DNA from: Lachnospirales bacterium
GTDB lineage: Bacteria > Bacillota > Clostridia > Lachnospirales > CAMZNU01
NCBI GenBank assembly: GCA_047973385.1
Contig: JBKEBX010000012.1
Location: forward strand, 140,269 to 204,268
Length of the DNA stretch: 64,000 bases
Direction: 5' to 3'
Part shown: positions 36,029 through 45,067 of the stretch, one piece after another
How positions within the stretch are numbered: position 1 is the stretch's first letter
How the letters are laid out: each line of letters opens with the position of its first letter
Notes under the pieces: model-generated
What the model saw: only the letters and a program-made list of their open reading frames with translations
The model's database searches: none
Told to the model about the DNA's origin: nothing
Translations under genes and position numbers: made by a program

Positions 36029-37216
36029 ATGGCAAAAATTAATAAAAACTTTTTAGATTTAAAGGCTAGTTATTTGTTTATTGAAATTGCGAAAAGAGTT
36101 CGTGAGTATGAGGAAGCAAATCCTGATAAAGAAATAATTAGACTTGGTATTGGTGATGTTACACGTCCACTTATTCCTAAAGTTGTAGAAACTTTAAAGG
36201 AAGCAAGTGATGATATGGGAACTTTTGAGGGGTTTAAAGGTTATGGCCCAGAACAAGGCTATGCTTTTTTAAGAGAACTTATATCAGAACATGAATATGG
36301 TAAGCTAGGTGTGAATATTGGTGCTGATGAAGTGTTTATTTCAGATGGAGCAAAATCTGATTGTGGTAATATAGGCGATATATTTGCAGTTGACAACACA
36401 GTGGGAATTTGTGACCCAGTTTATCCAGTATATAACGATACTAATATAATGGGTGGACGTGGTAAAAATATGGTGTTTTTAAAGTGTAATGAAGAAAACG
36501 GCTTCTTACCTGAAATTCCAGAAGAAAAGCTAGATTTAATTTATCTTTGTTTCCCAAACAACCCAACGGGTGTTGTAGGTTCAAAAGAATATCTTAAACA
36601 ATGGGTTGATTATGCAAATAAAAACGGTTCAGTTATTTTATTCGATAGTGCATATGAGTCTTTTATTACTGATGAAAATTTACCGAGAAGTATATTTGAA
36701 ATTGAGGGTGCAAAAACTTGTGCTGTCGAATTTAGATCATATTCTAAAACAGCAGGATTTACAGGTGTCAGATGTGCTTACACAGTTATACCAAATGATT
36801 TAGTTGTTGATGGTGTCAAGCTTAACACATTGTGGAATAGACGACAAGGTACAAAATTTAATGGTACTTCATATGTTGTTCAAAGAGCTGCAGCTGCTAT
36901 TTACACAGAAGAAGGCCAAAAACAAATCAAAGAAAATATCGACTATTATTTAAGAAATGCTAAACACATGAAAGATACGCTACAAAGTGTCGGACTTGAA
37001 GTTTTTGGTGGTGATCATGCACCATATGTGTGGTGTAAAACTCCTAAAGGAATGAAGTCGTGGGAATATTTTGATTTCCTACTTGAAAAATGTCAAATAG
37101 TTGCAACACCAGGTAGTGGTTTTGGTGATTGTGGTGAAGGTTATATACGTTTTTCAGCCTTTGGGGATTTCGAAAAAACAAAGATAGCTATGTTAAGAGT
37201 TAAAGCTAATTTATAA
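36029..37216 (+). CDS. dapL: LL-diaminopimelate aminotransferase
   Basis: Class I aminotransferase with the PLP lysine region [12 protein letters not shown] and a DapL-like N-terminus ([13 protein letters not shown]). It is adjacent to dapF. Confidence 0.88.
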   Translation: MAKINKNFLDLKASYLFIEIAKRVREYEEANPDKEIIRLGIGDVTRPLIPKVVETLKEASDDMGTFEGFKGYGPEQGYAFLRELISEHEYGKLGVNIGADEVFISDGAKSDCGNIGDIFAVDNTVGICDPVYPVYNDTNIMGGRGKNMVFLKCNEENGFLPEIPEEKLDLIYLCFPNNPTGVVGSKEYLKQWVDYANKNGSVILFDSAYESFITDENLPRSIFEIEGAKTCAVEFRSYSKTAGFTGVRCAYTVIPNDLVVDGVKLNTLWNRRQGTKFNGTSYVVQRAAAAIYTEEGQKQIKENIDYYLRNAKHMKDTLQSVGLEVFGGDHAPYVWCKTPKGMKSWEYFDFLLEKCQIVATPGSGFGDCGEGYIRFSAFGDFEKTKIAMLRVKANL

Positions 37217-37225
37217 AAAATTTTT

Positions 37226-37248
37226 AAAAAAGGGCTATGCCCTTTTTT
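37226..37248 (+). terminator. Intrinsic terminator after dapL
   Basis: AAAAAAGGGC-tat-GCCCTTTTTT. Confidence 0.75.
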
Positions 37249-37391
37249 GTTGGTATGATTTTTTGTATAAAAAGCATTTTTTTTAGTTAAAACTATGGAA
37301 ATAATATTTTTTATATGTTATAATAAAGAGAATGTTTTTTTATATTAATATAAAATGCTCAATTTGAATTATAAAACTAGGAGGAACATAA

Positions 37392-38675
37392 ATGTCTGTT
37401 AAGGTAGAAAATCTAGAGGCGAATATAGTAAAGTTAACTTTTGATGTGCCTAAGAAAACTTTTGAAGAAGGTATAGAAGTAGCTTATAAAAAAATTAGAG
37501 GTCAAGTTAATATCCAAGGATTTAGAAAAGGTAAAGCACCTAAGCAAATGATTATTTCTCAATATGGTAAAGAAGTATTTCATGAGGAAGCTTTAAACCA
37601 TTTTATGCCAGACTTATTAATGGAAGCTGTTGATGAACATAAACTTGAAGTTGTTTCAAGACCATATACTAAGATAACTGAAGAAAACGAAGAAAATGTT
37701 TTAGTTGAAGTACAAGTTTTTGTTAAACCTGAAGTTAATGTTGAAAACTACAAAGGTGTAGAAGTTCCTAAAACTGACTTAGAAGTTTCTGATGAAGAAG
37801 TTATGGAAAATATCTTAAAAGAACAAGAAAAATCAGCAAGACATGTTGATGCAAGTGATAAAGCTATTGAAGATGGCAACCTTGTAACACTTGACTTTGA
37901 AGGATTTAAAGACGGAGTTGCTTTTGAAGGTGGAAAAGGTGAAGACTACGATTTAATTATTGGTAGCCATACATTTATTGATACTTTTGAAGAACAACTT
38001 ATTGGACTTAAAGTTGATGAGGAAAAAACTTTAACGGTTACTTTCCCAGAAAATTATGGTCAAGCAGAATTAGCAGGTCAACCAGCTGACTTTAAAGTTA
38101 AAATTAAAGATGTTAAAGCTCGTGAATTACCAGAGATTGATGATGAATTTGCTAAAGATGTTAGTGAGTTTGATACATTAGATGAATATAAAGCATCTAT
38201 TAAAGAAGAATTAGCTAAAAACAAAGAAACTTCTGCTAAATCTAAAAAAGAAAATGATGTTGTTGAAAAATTAATAGAAGAAACTAAGTTTGATGTACCA
38301 CTTGTTATGGTTGAAAATCAAATTGATAATCAAGTGCGTTCTTTTGAACAACAAGTTAAGCAACAAGGTATTGAACTTGAACAATACTTAGAGTTTATGG
38401 GACAAACGGTACAATCTCTAAGAGATGTATACAGAGAACAATCTGAAAAGCAAGTTCGTGGTAGATTGATTTTAGAAGATATTGCTAAAAAAGAAGCTTT
38501 TGAAATTTCAGAAGGTGAAGTTGATGAAGAAGTTCAAAGAATAGCTGATATGTATCAAATACCAGTTGAAAATGTAAAAACATCTATGCAACCTCAAGAC
38601 GTTGAGAGTTTGAAAAATGATTTATCTGTTCAAAAAGCACTCAAGTTTATTGTGGAAAATGCAGTAGAAGTATAA
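37392..38675 (+). CDS. tig: Trigger factor
   Basis: The ribosome-binding motif GFRKGKAP, a central FKBP domain, and a length of 427 aa. Confidence 0.93.
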   Translation: MSVKVENLEANIVKLTFDVPKKTFEEGIEVAYKKIRGQVNIQGFRKGKAPKQMIISQYGKEVFHEEALNHFMPDLLMEAVDEHKLEVVSRPYTKITEENEENVLVEVQVFVKPEVNVENYKGVEVPKTDLEVSDEEVMENILKEQEKSARHVDASDKAIEDGNLVTLDFEGFKDGVAFEGGKGEDYDLIIGSHTFIDTFEEQLIGLKVDEEKTLTVTFPENYGQAELAGQPADFKVKIKDVKARELPEIDDEFAKDVSEFDTLDEYKASIKEELAKNKETSAKSKKENDVVEKLIEETKFDVPLVMVENQIDNQVRSFEQQVKQQGIELEQYLEFMGQTVQSLRDVYREQSEKQVRGRLILEDIAKKEAFEISEGEVDEEVQRIADMYQIPVENVKTSMQPQDVESLKNDLSVQKALKFIVENAVEV

Positions 38676-38686
38676 ATAACAAACTT

Positions 38687-38708
38687 AAAGGGGTGAAAAC
38701 CCCTTTTT
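38687..38708 (+). terminator. Intrinsic terminator after tig
   Basis: AAAGGGG-tgaaaa-CCCCTTTTT. Confidence 0.75.
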
Positions 38709-38774
38709 CTAATATGTATATTTGGTAAAAAATTGGATATAATATTTTATATTAAAAAGAAAGTGGTGAAAAAT

Positions 38775-39356
38775 ATGCCTTTAGTACCTTATGTAATTGA
38801 ACAAACAGGTCATGGTGAACGTTCCTATGATATTTATTCTAGACTTTTAAAAGATAGAATTATTTTTTTAGCTGATGAAGTAAACGATACAACTGCAAGC
38901 GTTATCATTGCACAATTATTGTTTTTAGCAGCACAAGATTCTGAAAAAGATATAAGTTTTTATATAAACAGCCCTGGAGGCTCTATTTCGGCAGGTCTTG
39001 CTATTTATGACACTATGCAATATATAAAGCCAGATGTTTCAACGATTTGCGTTGGTATGGCGGCATCTATGGGTGCCTTTTTATTGGCAGGTGGAACAAA
39101 GGGAAAAAGACTTGCATTACCTAACTCTGAAGTTATGATACATCAGCCACTTGGTGGTGCAAAAGGTCAAGCAACAGATGTTTTGATATACGCAGATAGA
39201 CTTAAAAAATCTAAAGAGAAGATGAATAAAATGTTAAGTGAGTTTACGGGTCAACCTCTTGAAGTTGTTCAAAGAGATACAGAGAGAGATAATTTTTTAA
39301 GCTCAGATGAAGCTTTAGAATATGGACTTATTGATAAGGTTGTAACAAAACCGTAA
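38775..39356 (+). CDS. clpP: ATP-dependent Clp protease proteolytic subunit
   Basis: [32 protein letters not shown], the catalytic Ser (GMAASMGAF) and MIHQP. Start at ATG 38775. Confidence 0.95.
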   Translation: MPLVPYVIEQTGHGERSYDIYSRLLKDRIIFLADEVNDTTASVIIAQLLFLAAQDSEKDISFYINSPGGSISAGLAIYDTMQYIKPDVSTICVGMAASMGAFLLAGGTKGKRLALPNSEVMIHQPLGGAKGQATDVLIYADRLKKSKEKMNKMLSEFTGQPLEVVQRDTERDNFLSSDEALEYGLIDKVVTKP

Positions 39357-39380
39357 ATGGTTGTATATGGAGGATATTAA

Positions 39381-40856
39381 ATGAGTAATGACTTTGGCGC
39401 AGGAAAAAATATACATTGTAATTTTTGTGGTAAAGGCAAAACAGAAGTAGATGTTATTGTTGCAGGGCAAAATGCCTTTGTTTGTAACGAATGTATATAT
39501 ATTTTAAGTAAAATAGAAGAAGTGTTTAATGTTAATTTAGAACTGTTTTTGAAGTACGACAGTGATCCTTTTTTTGATTTACTCGATGAGGGAGCTATAT
39601 CAAAAACTGATATATATGAAAAACTTCAAAAAATGGGTGAATTGCTCGAAAATGAGGGCTTTGATTATGAAGGCTTTTTAGATGAAAACAGTGAAGAAAA
39701 CAGTGAAAGCGATGAAATGTTTACGTTGCCAACGCCTAAAGATATGAAGAATTTTCTTGATGAATATGTTATTGGTCAAGAAAATGCCAAGAAAACTTTA
39801 GCTGTTGCAGTGTATAACCACTACAAGAGAATTGGCGTTGGAAATGCTGAAGAAACTGATGTAGATGTTCAAAAATCTAATGTGTTACTTATAGGTTCAA
39901 CTGGTTCTGGTAAAACTTATTTAGCACAAACTTTAGCTAAATATTTAAATGTACCTTTCGCAATTGCTGATGCTACAACACTTACAGAAGCAGGTTATGT
40001 AGGTGAAGATGTTGAGAATATTTTATTAAAACTTTTACAAAGTTGTGATTTCGATGTAGAAAGAGCAGAAAAAGGTATTATTTATATAGATGAAATTGAT
40101 AAGATTTCTAGAAAATCAGAAACAGTTTCTATAACTCGTGATGTTTCAGGTGAAGGTGTTCAACAGGCTATTTTAAAGATTTTAGAAGGTACTGTTGCAA
40201 GTGTTCCACCTCAAGGTGGCAGAAAACACCCTAATCAAGAAATGATTTCAGTTGACACTAAAAACATTTTGTTTATTTGTGGTGGCTCTTTTGCAGGAAT
40301 AGAAAAAGTTGTAGATAAAAGACTTAACAAAAAAGTAATTGGTTTTAATACTGATAATGATAAGGACACTAGCTTAGATGAAAGTAAAGGGGTACTTAGA
40401 AATGTAATTGGTAAAGACTTGCAAAAGTTCGGTATAATTCCTGAACTTGTAGGTCGTTTGCCTGTTATAGTATCTTTAGAGGACTTAGACGAAGAAAGTT
40501 TAGTACGCATTTTATCTGAACCTAAAAATTCTATAATTAAACAATATAAATATTTGTTTGGTTTAGAAGGTGTGGAACTTGAGTTTGATGAAAATAGTCT
40601 ACGTGCAATTGCTAAGAAAACTATTGAAAGATCAACAGGTGCAAGAGGTTTAAGAGCTATTTTAGAAAGTATTATGGGTGATGTTATGTATGAAATACCA
40701 TCAAATCCTAATATTAAGAAAATAATTTTCCATGAGGGGACTATAACAAACAATGAACCTCCGGAGATCGTTAATGACGAGAGTATTACGGAAAAAGAGC
40801 CTATTATTATAAAAATGCGACAAAAACCTATTAAGAAAAAATCAAGATGGGCATAA
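39381..40856 (+). CDS. clpX: ATP-dependent Clp protease ATP-binding subunit ClpX (with an unusually long acidic linker and a basic C-terminal tail)
   Basis: Zn-finger CNFCGK...CNEC, Walker [18 protein letters not shown], and the pore loop GYVGEDV. Confidence 0.93.
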   Translation: MSNDFGAGKNIHCNFCGKGKTEVDVIVAGQNAFVCNECIYILSKIEEVFNVNLELFLKYDSDPFFDLLDEGAISKTDIYEKLQKMGELLENEGFDYEGFLDENSEENSESDEMFTLPTPKDMKNFLDEYVIGQENAKKTLAVAVYNHYKRIGVGNAEETDVDVQKSNVLLIGSTGSGKTYLAQTLAKYLNVPFAIADATTLTEAGYVGEDVENILLKLLQSCDFDVERAEKGIIYIDEIDKISRKSETVSITRDVSGEGVQQAILKILEGTVASVPPQGGRKHPNQEMISVDTKNILFICGGSFAGIEKVVDKRLNKKVIGFNTDNDKDTSLDESKGVLRNVIGKDLQKFGIIPELVGRLPVIVSLEDLDEESLVRILSEPKNSIIKQYKYLFGLEGVELEFDENSLRAIAKKTIERSTGARGLRAILESIMGDVMYEIPSNPNIKKIIFHEGTITNNEPPEIVNDESITEKEPIIIKMRQKPIKKKSRWA

Positions 40857-40975
40857 ACGAAAAAGGTAAATGCCGTATTAATGGCATTGTCAATTAAGTT
40901 AATTAAAATATAAAGGGGCTGTAAGGAAATCTCACATTATATGAGTTGCCTTTCAGCCCTTTGTGTGCCATTATT

Positions 40976-43696
40976 TCAATTTTGCAACGTTTCCATATAC
41001 GTTTCATAGTCTTTGTAAATATTATTATTTATACTATCATAGAAAAGATTTGTATTTTCGGAAATAGTATAAATTCTTGATGAGTTAATAGATATAGAGT
41101 ATTGTAAAGAAACCTCTTTAATAAGGTCAAAAACATCAATACATTTGATTTTATTTTGTTCAAGGAAAAATTCAAGGAGTTCATCAAGCTTAATATTTTT
41201 TTTACCTTTAACAAGAACCTTATTGCCTCCAACTCTTAAGTATGAAAACAAATCACGAGCCTCTATTAAAATTGAAGTAAAGAACCAATCAGGAAAATCA
41301 AATTTATGTAGTCTATGATGGAAGCCTGATTTTAGTAGACTGTATACGGTGAAATAATCGTTGGAAACATTATTGTAAACATAATTAACATAGGTTTTTA
41401 TATCATTTTTATCTATATTATATTTTTTTGTAAGGGTTTCTATATTAATATATTTTTTGGGGAAATATTCTATAACTTCATAGTCCAATTTTAGTTTATT
41501 TATACAGGACACATATGAAACGATTGTAGTTATTTCTTTTGGAAAAGTTAAGGTTTCAAAATAATCATACTTTAAAATATAATTATTGAAAAAATCAAAG
41601 GCTGTAGGGTATTTTTCACTAATTATGTAGTTAGAATATACTTTAAATCCAATGGATTTCATTGTATAAGTATTCAAATATTTTTGGCTACTTTGAGAAA
41701 AAGCTTCTAAAAATATTTTTTCTACTTCATAAAAAAAGTAGAAATCCTTTACAAGTAATCCTTGTAGTTTTTTTTCAAATTCCTCACTTAGCTCGGGAAA
41801 ATCCACCTTATAGTAATCGTCATAAAAATACACATCAATAGTATCTAAACAGTTTGAAAGTACAGTTTTATAAGAAACTCCAAACTCTTCTTGATAGGCT
41901 TTTGCAAAATTATATTTAGTGATTGGAGCAAGTTTTATAAGCAAATCTAAAACTTGTTTATCAATATCAGGTGTACCAAACTCAATACTTGGCATTCTTG
42001 CAAAGCTTAGGGTTGGGTATTCTTCCTTTGTACAAATTTTTTTAAGTAAATTATGCAGTTCATATTCATCAACTATATCGTATTCCTTCATAAGTTCAGG
42101 ATACATCTTAAAAAATTTATTTGTCGAATATTTCGTATTTTGATATTGATTTGAGTTAAGATTTAAAGTGCTTAGAAAATCAGAAAAATCGTATAGAGTT
42201 GTGTCATAATATCTAAAACGCTTACCATATTTCCACAAAGCATATGGACTTGCAGAAAGCTTATTTTCATAGCTTCTATCAAGAGGGGTTAATTTTTCGT
42301 TATTTGAAAGCCCTGAAGTTTTTAACAGGTCACAATATATGTTAACAAATTCCTTAAATGTAACACTATCTTTAGTATAATTTCTTAAAACATAGTTAGA
42401 TAAATCATTTTTAGTACAAGGTATATACTTTTTATCTATTTTAACATAATTTTTATAGATTGCTTTTTCTAAAGTTGTTTTTACACTTTTAGGAATGGTA
42501 TGGTCATTTAAAATATCATTTAAAGGACGTTTATTAGGGTTGTTTTTAACTTTTCGTATGTATAGATAGTTATATGTTGTATTTGAACCGAAAACTAGTT
42601 TAAAGTCCTCAGAAAAAATATTATAATTGTCATATATTTCTCTATACAAGTCCTCACGAAATTTCAACTTGTTTTTATCAAAATATTTAAAAATATCTTT
42701 TTCTATTTGTCGAATTCGCTCACGAGTTAGTCCTAAATTCTTCCCAACAGTTTCTAAAGTTTGCCCCTTCAATCGACTTTCTAAAATGTTAAGCTTTTTT
42801 GTGTTTAGAAAATTTGGTGCAACTGTTTTAATGGGAGGAGAGTATATAATATATCTGTTTTCTTCTAACAATTCCAATCTGTTTTCTCTACATAAATTAT
42901 TTAAAATAAAATTTATGTATGCATAACTATTGAAATATTTTGGCATAATATTCAAAATATCACTTGTAGTTAAGCCGTATGGCTGGTTGTATATAATATT
43001 TAACAAATAATTTTCAAAGATATTTTGTAAATAAACACTTTTATATAAAAACTCATTAAACTCATCACTATTTAAAAAATCATATTTATCTACATAAGAA
43101 TTTTTTTTAATATTGCTTATAAATTTGCCTAAAGTTTTAGTTTTTTGTTTATAAAAACTTAGCTTAGATATGTCAATATATTTTGTAATTTCTCTAGCGA
43201 GTTCAACACAAACTTTTTCTGTAAAATTAGAAATCAATATATTACTTGAGTATAAAGTGAAATCAGTGTTATTTTTTATATATTCAATCTCATTTATAAC
43301 TCTTGTACCAAGTGTTGAATTTTTCTTTAGGTTTTGTGTTTCAAAAGTTAAAATATCAGAAAAATATAAAATATTATTTTCTTTTAATGAATTATATGTG
43401 TTTATGCTCATTTTAATATTTTTAATAGAAATATCAATACAAATTTCATCTTTATTATTAATAAAAAGTTTTTTGCTTTCGTTAAAAAGACTAGGGTATT
43501 TAACTTTAAGATTGTCTATACAATCTAAAATTTCCCGAAGGCTTTTATCGCCTATATTTTTCATTTGATAAATTTCCATATAGGTAAGCTTAGACAAATC
43601 TTCATATGTATTGTGATTAGCTTCCTTTAGGGCGTTTTTAGAACGTGAAGAAATTGGTAAATCAGTTATTGATTTTTGTGCAATATCTCTTTTCAT
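40976..43696 (-). CDS. Large (906 aa) hypothetical DNA-binding protein with two RpoA-C-terminal-domain-like HhH modules, a sigma-70 region-4-like HTH and a ~550-aa uncharacterised C-terminal region
   Basis: The first module is LPISSRSKNALKEANHNTYEDLSKLTYMEIYQMKNIGDKSLREILDCI (alpha-CTD pattern). A second, weaker copy is MSINTYNSLKENNILYFSDIL...LGTRVINEI. The HTH is GQTLETVGKNLGLTRERIRQIEKDIFKYF. Codon usage is very AT-rich. Confidence 0.6.
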   Translation of the reverse strand: MKRDIAQKSITDLPISSRSKNALKEANHNTYEDLSKLTYMEIYQMKNIGDKSLREILDCIDNLKVKYPSLFNESKKLFINNKDEICIDISIKNIKMSINTYNSLKENNILYFSDILTFETQNLKKNSTLGTRVINEIEYIKNNTDFTLYSSNILISNFTEKVCVELAREITKYIDISKLSFYKQKTKTLGKFISNIKKNSYVDKYDFLNSDEFNEFLYKSVYLQNIFENYLLNIIYNQPYGLTTSDILNIMPKYFNSYAYINFILNNLCRENRLELLEENRYIIYSPPIKTVAPNFLNTKKLNILESRLKGQTLETVGKNLGLTRERIRQIEKDIFKYFDKNKLKFREDLYREIYDNYNIFSEDFKLVFGSNTTYNYLYIRKVKNNPNKRPLNDILNDHTIPKSVKTTLEKAIYKNYVKIDKKYIPCTKNDLSNYVLRNYTKDSVTFKEFVNIYCDLLKTSGLSNNEKLTPLDRSYENKLSASPYALWKYGKRFRYYDTTLYDFSDFLSTLNLNSNQYQNTKYSTNKFFKMYPELMKEYDIVDEYELHNLLKKICTKEEYPTLSFARMPSIEFGTPDIDKQVLDLLIKLAPITKYNFAKAYQEEFGVSYKTVLSNCLDTIDVYFYDDYYKVDFPELSEEFEKKLQGLLVKDFYFFYEVEKIFLEAFSQSSQKYLNTYTMKSIGFKVYSNYIISEKYPTAFDFFNNYILKYDYFETLTFPKEITTIVSYVSCINKLKLDYEVIEYFPKKYINIETLTKKYNIDKNDIKTYVNYVYNNVSNDYFTVYSLLKSGFHHRLHKFDFPDWFFTSILIEARDLFSYLRVGGNKVLVKGKKNIKLDELLEFFLEQNKIKCIDVFDLIKEVSLQYSISINSSRIYTISENTNLFYDSINNNIYKDYETYMETLQN

Positions 43697-43769
43697 AAAT
43701 TACTCTCCTAAATTATATTTAAAATTTACAATTTATATTGAATATCTTTTATGTTATTTACTTGTTATA

Positions 43770-44747
43770 TTAAAAAAAATCAGAATAGTACTTTAGCTTA
43801 GTATATGCAAGAGGATAATGTTGTAAAACATCATAGCAAAACTCATCAACAAAGCATTGATTTCTTTTGTGTTTAGCGTGTAAAATAGCTTTTATGCCAA
43901 TACATATAGCAGGTTCTACATTGTTTATTTCTTCTGCGTATGTAATCTTAAACAATATCTTATATGATGTTTCTAAATCATAGGAAAAATCATTTTCTAT
44001 ACAAAAGTTAATCAGTGATTGACATATTTCTTTGGCAAAAATATAATTACCTTTTTCTAAATATAGACTAGCCAAGCTATTGTTAGCTATTATATAATTT
44101 CTGTATACAGACATAGGTATCATAAAACAAGGTATAGTTTCACTAGAATAATGTGATCGCATAGAGTTTATTATAAGATCTAAAAGTGTTTTACTATTTT
44201 TATATTTTGATTTTTTTGCATAGATGACTGCCATTAAGTTAAAAACAGCATATGAAGATTCATAGCCTAAAAAGCTTTCTTTGTGAGCTTTTTCAAAATC
44301 ATATTCCGTAGTGTTAAGGGCGTAAAAACAATAGTCCAAAGCTTTGTTATCCTCATTGTTACCATAAAAAGCAATATATGCTTTTCCTAAAAAAATGATT
44401 TGTTTGTATGCAGAATAATCTAGAGATAGAATTTTTTCATCGCTAGATTTTGAAAGTAGTGTTTTGAGCTTAGATATATTTTTATGCTCAATATAGCGTT
44501 TTATTTCTTGGTATCTTTTATACTGTTCTTTTGAGTTAAAATGAATAATAACATCAGCATATGAACCAACATAAATCTTTAAAGACTTACATAAAGCAGA
44601 TATAGTGTTGATATTTGACTTGTATGTATTATTATCAATTCTGTGAATTTGCCGACTTGAAATGTTTGATAGTGCTTCAATTTGGCTAACAGTATACTTT
44701 TTTTCATCTCTAAAATATTTTAGGATATCTCCTATTTCAGTACTCAT
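43770..44747 (-). CDS. XRE-HTH plus TPR-like repeat transcriptional regulator (Rgg/PlcR-type, RNPP-like)
   Basis: N-terminal HTH (KYTVSQIEALSNISSRQIHRIDN) followed by ~260 aa of helical repeat-like sequence. The 325-aa length is typical of Rgg/PlcR-type peptide-sensing regulators. Confidence 0.65.
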   Translation of the reverse strand: MSTEIGDILKYFRDEKKYTVSQIEALSNISSRQIHRIDNNTYKSNINTISALCKSLKIYVGSYADVIIHFNSKEQYKRYQEIKRYIEHKNISKLKTLLSKSSDEKILSLDYSAYKQIIFLGKAYIAFYGNNEDNKALDYCFYALNTTEYDFEKAHKESFLGYESSYAVFNLMAVIYAKKSKYKNSKTLLDLIINSMRSHYSSETIPCFMIPMSVYRNYIIANNSLASLYLEKGNYIFAKEICQSLINFCIENDFSYDLETSYKILFKITYAEEINNVEPAICIGIKAILHAKHKRNQCFVDEFCYDVLQHYPLAYTKLKYYSDFF

Positions 44748-44793
44748 ATAAATTACCTCATTACTTTTAAAAAATACAAAATCAACAATACTA

Positions 44794-44822
44794 TTGTAAA
44801 TTAATTGGTTTTATATTATAAT
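44794..44822 (+). promoter_or_regulatory. Near-consensus sigma-A promoter (TTGTAA - 17 nt - TATAAT) driving the 17-codon ORF, with the overlapping palindrome ACAATA-c-TATTGT (44785..44797)
   Basis: Read directly from the sequence. It is divergent from the regulator gene. Confidence 0.45.
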
Positions 44823-44838
44823 ATTACTTGGTTAGAAA

Positions 44839-44892
44839 ATGAAAATAATTTATATTTTACTTTTCGAGAACAATTGTGAAGGATTGTTCTAA
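44839..44892 (+). CDS. Unlisted 17-codon ORF MKIIYILLFENNCEGLF, a candidate short hydrophobic signalling pro-peptide
   Basis: Hand translation. It has its own promoter upstream and a hairpin directly after the stop. It is divergent from the Rgg/RNPP-like regulator. The RBS is weak. Confidence 0.35.
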   Translation: MKIIYILLFENNCEGLF

Positions 44893-44933
44893 AAAATGTT
44901 ATAATTCGTTATATACAAATTATAACATTTTTT
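44891..44933 (+). terminator. Perfect 16-bp AT-rich inverted repeat followed by a T run (terminator or operator)
   Basis: AAAAAATGTTATAATT-cgttatataca-AATTATAACATTTTTT then TTT. Confidence 0.5.
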
Positions 44934-45067
44934 TTGTAAAAATACAAATATAAATATGTTGTTTTATATATATTTGCAATTTACCATAAATTATATAGTA
45001 TACTATCCTACAAAATGAAGAAAATATATGTATAAGTGAAACTCACTAAAATTCTTCGGAGGTATGT

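Noticed and set aside
43752-43802. A + strand 16-codon ORF (MLFTCYIKKNQNSTLA) as the cognate peptide of the Rgg/RNPP-like regulator
   Set aside because: It overlaps the 3' end of the regulator gene on the opposite strand. It has no RBS, promoter or terminator. The divergent ORF at 44839 is much better supported.
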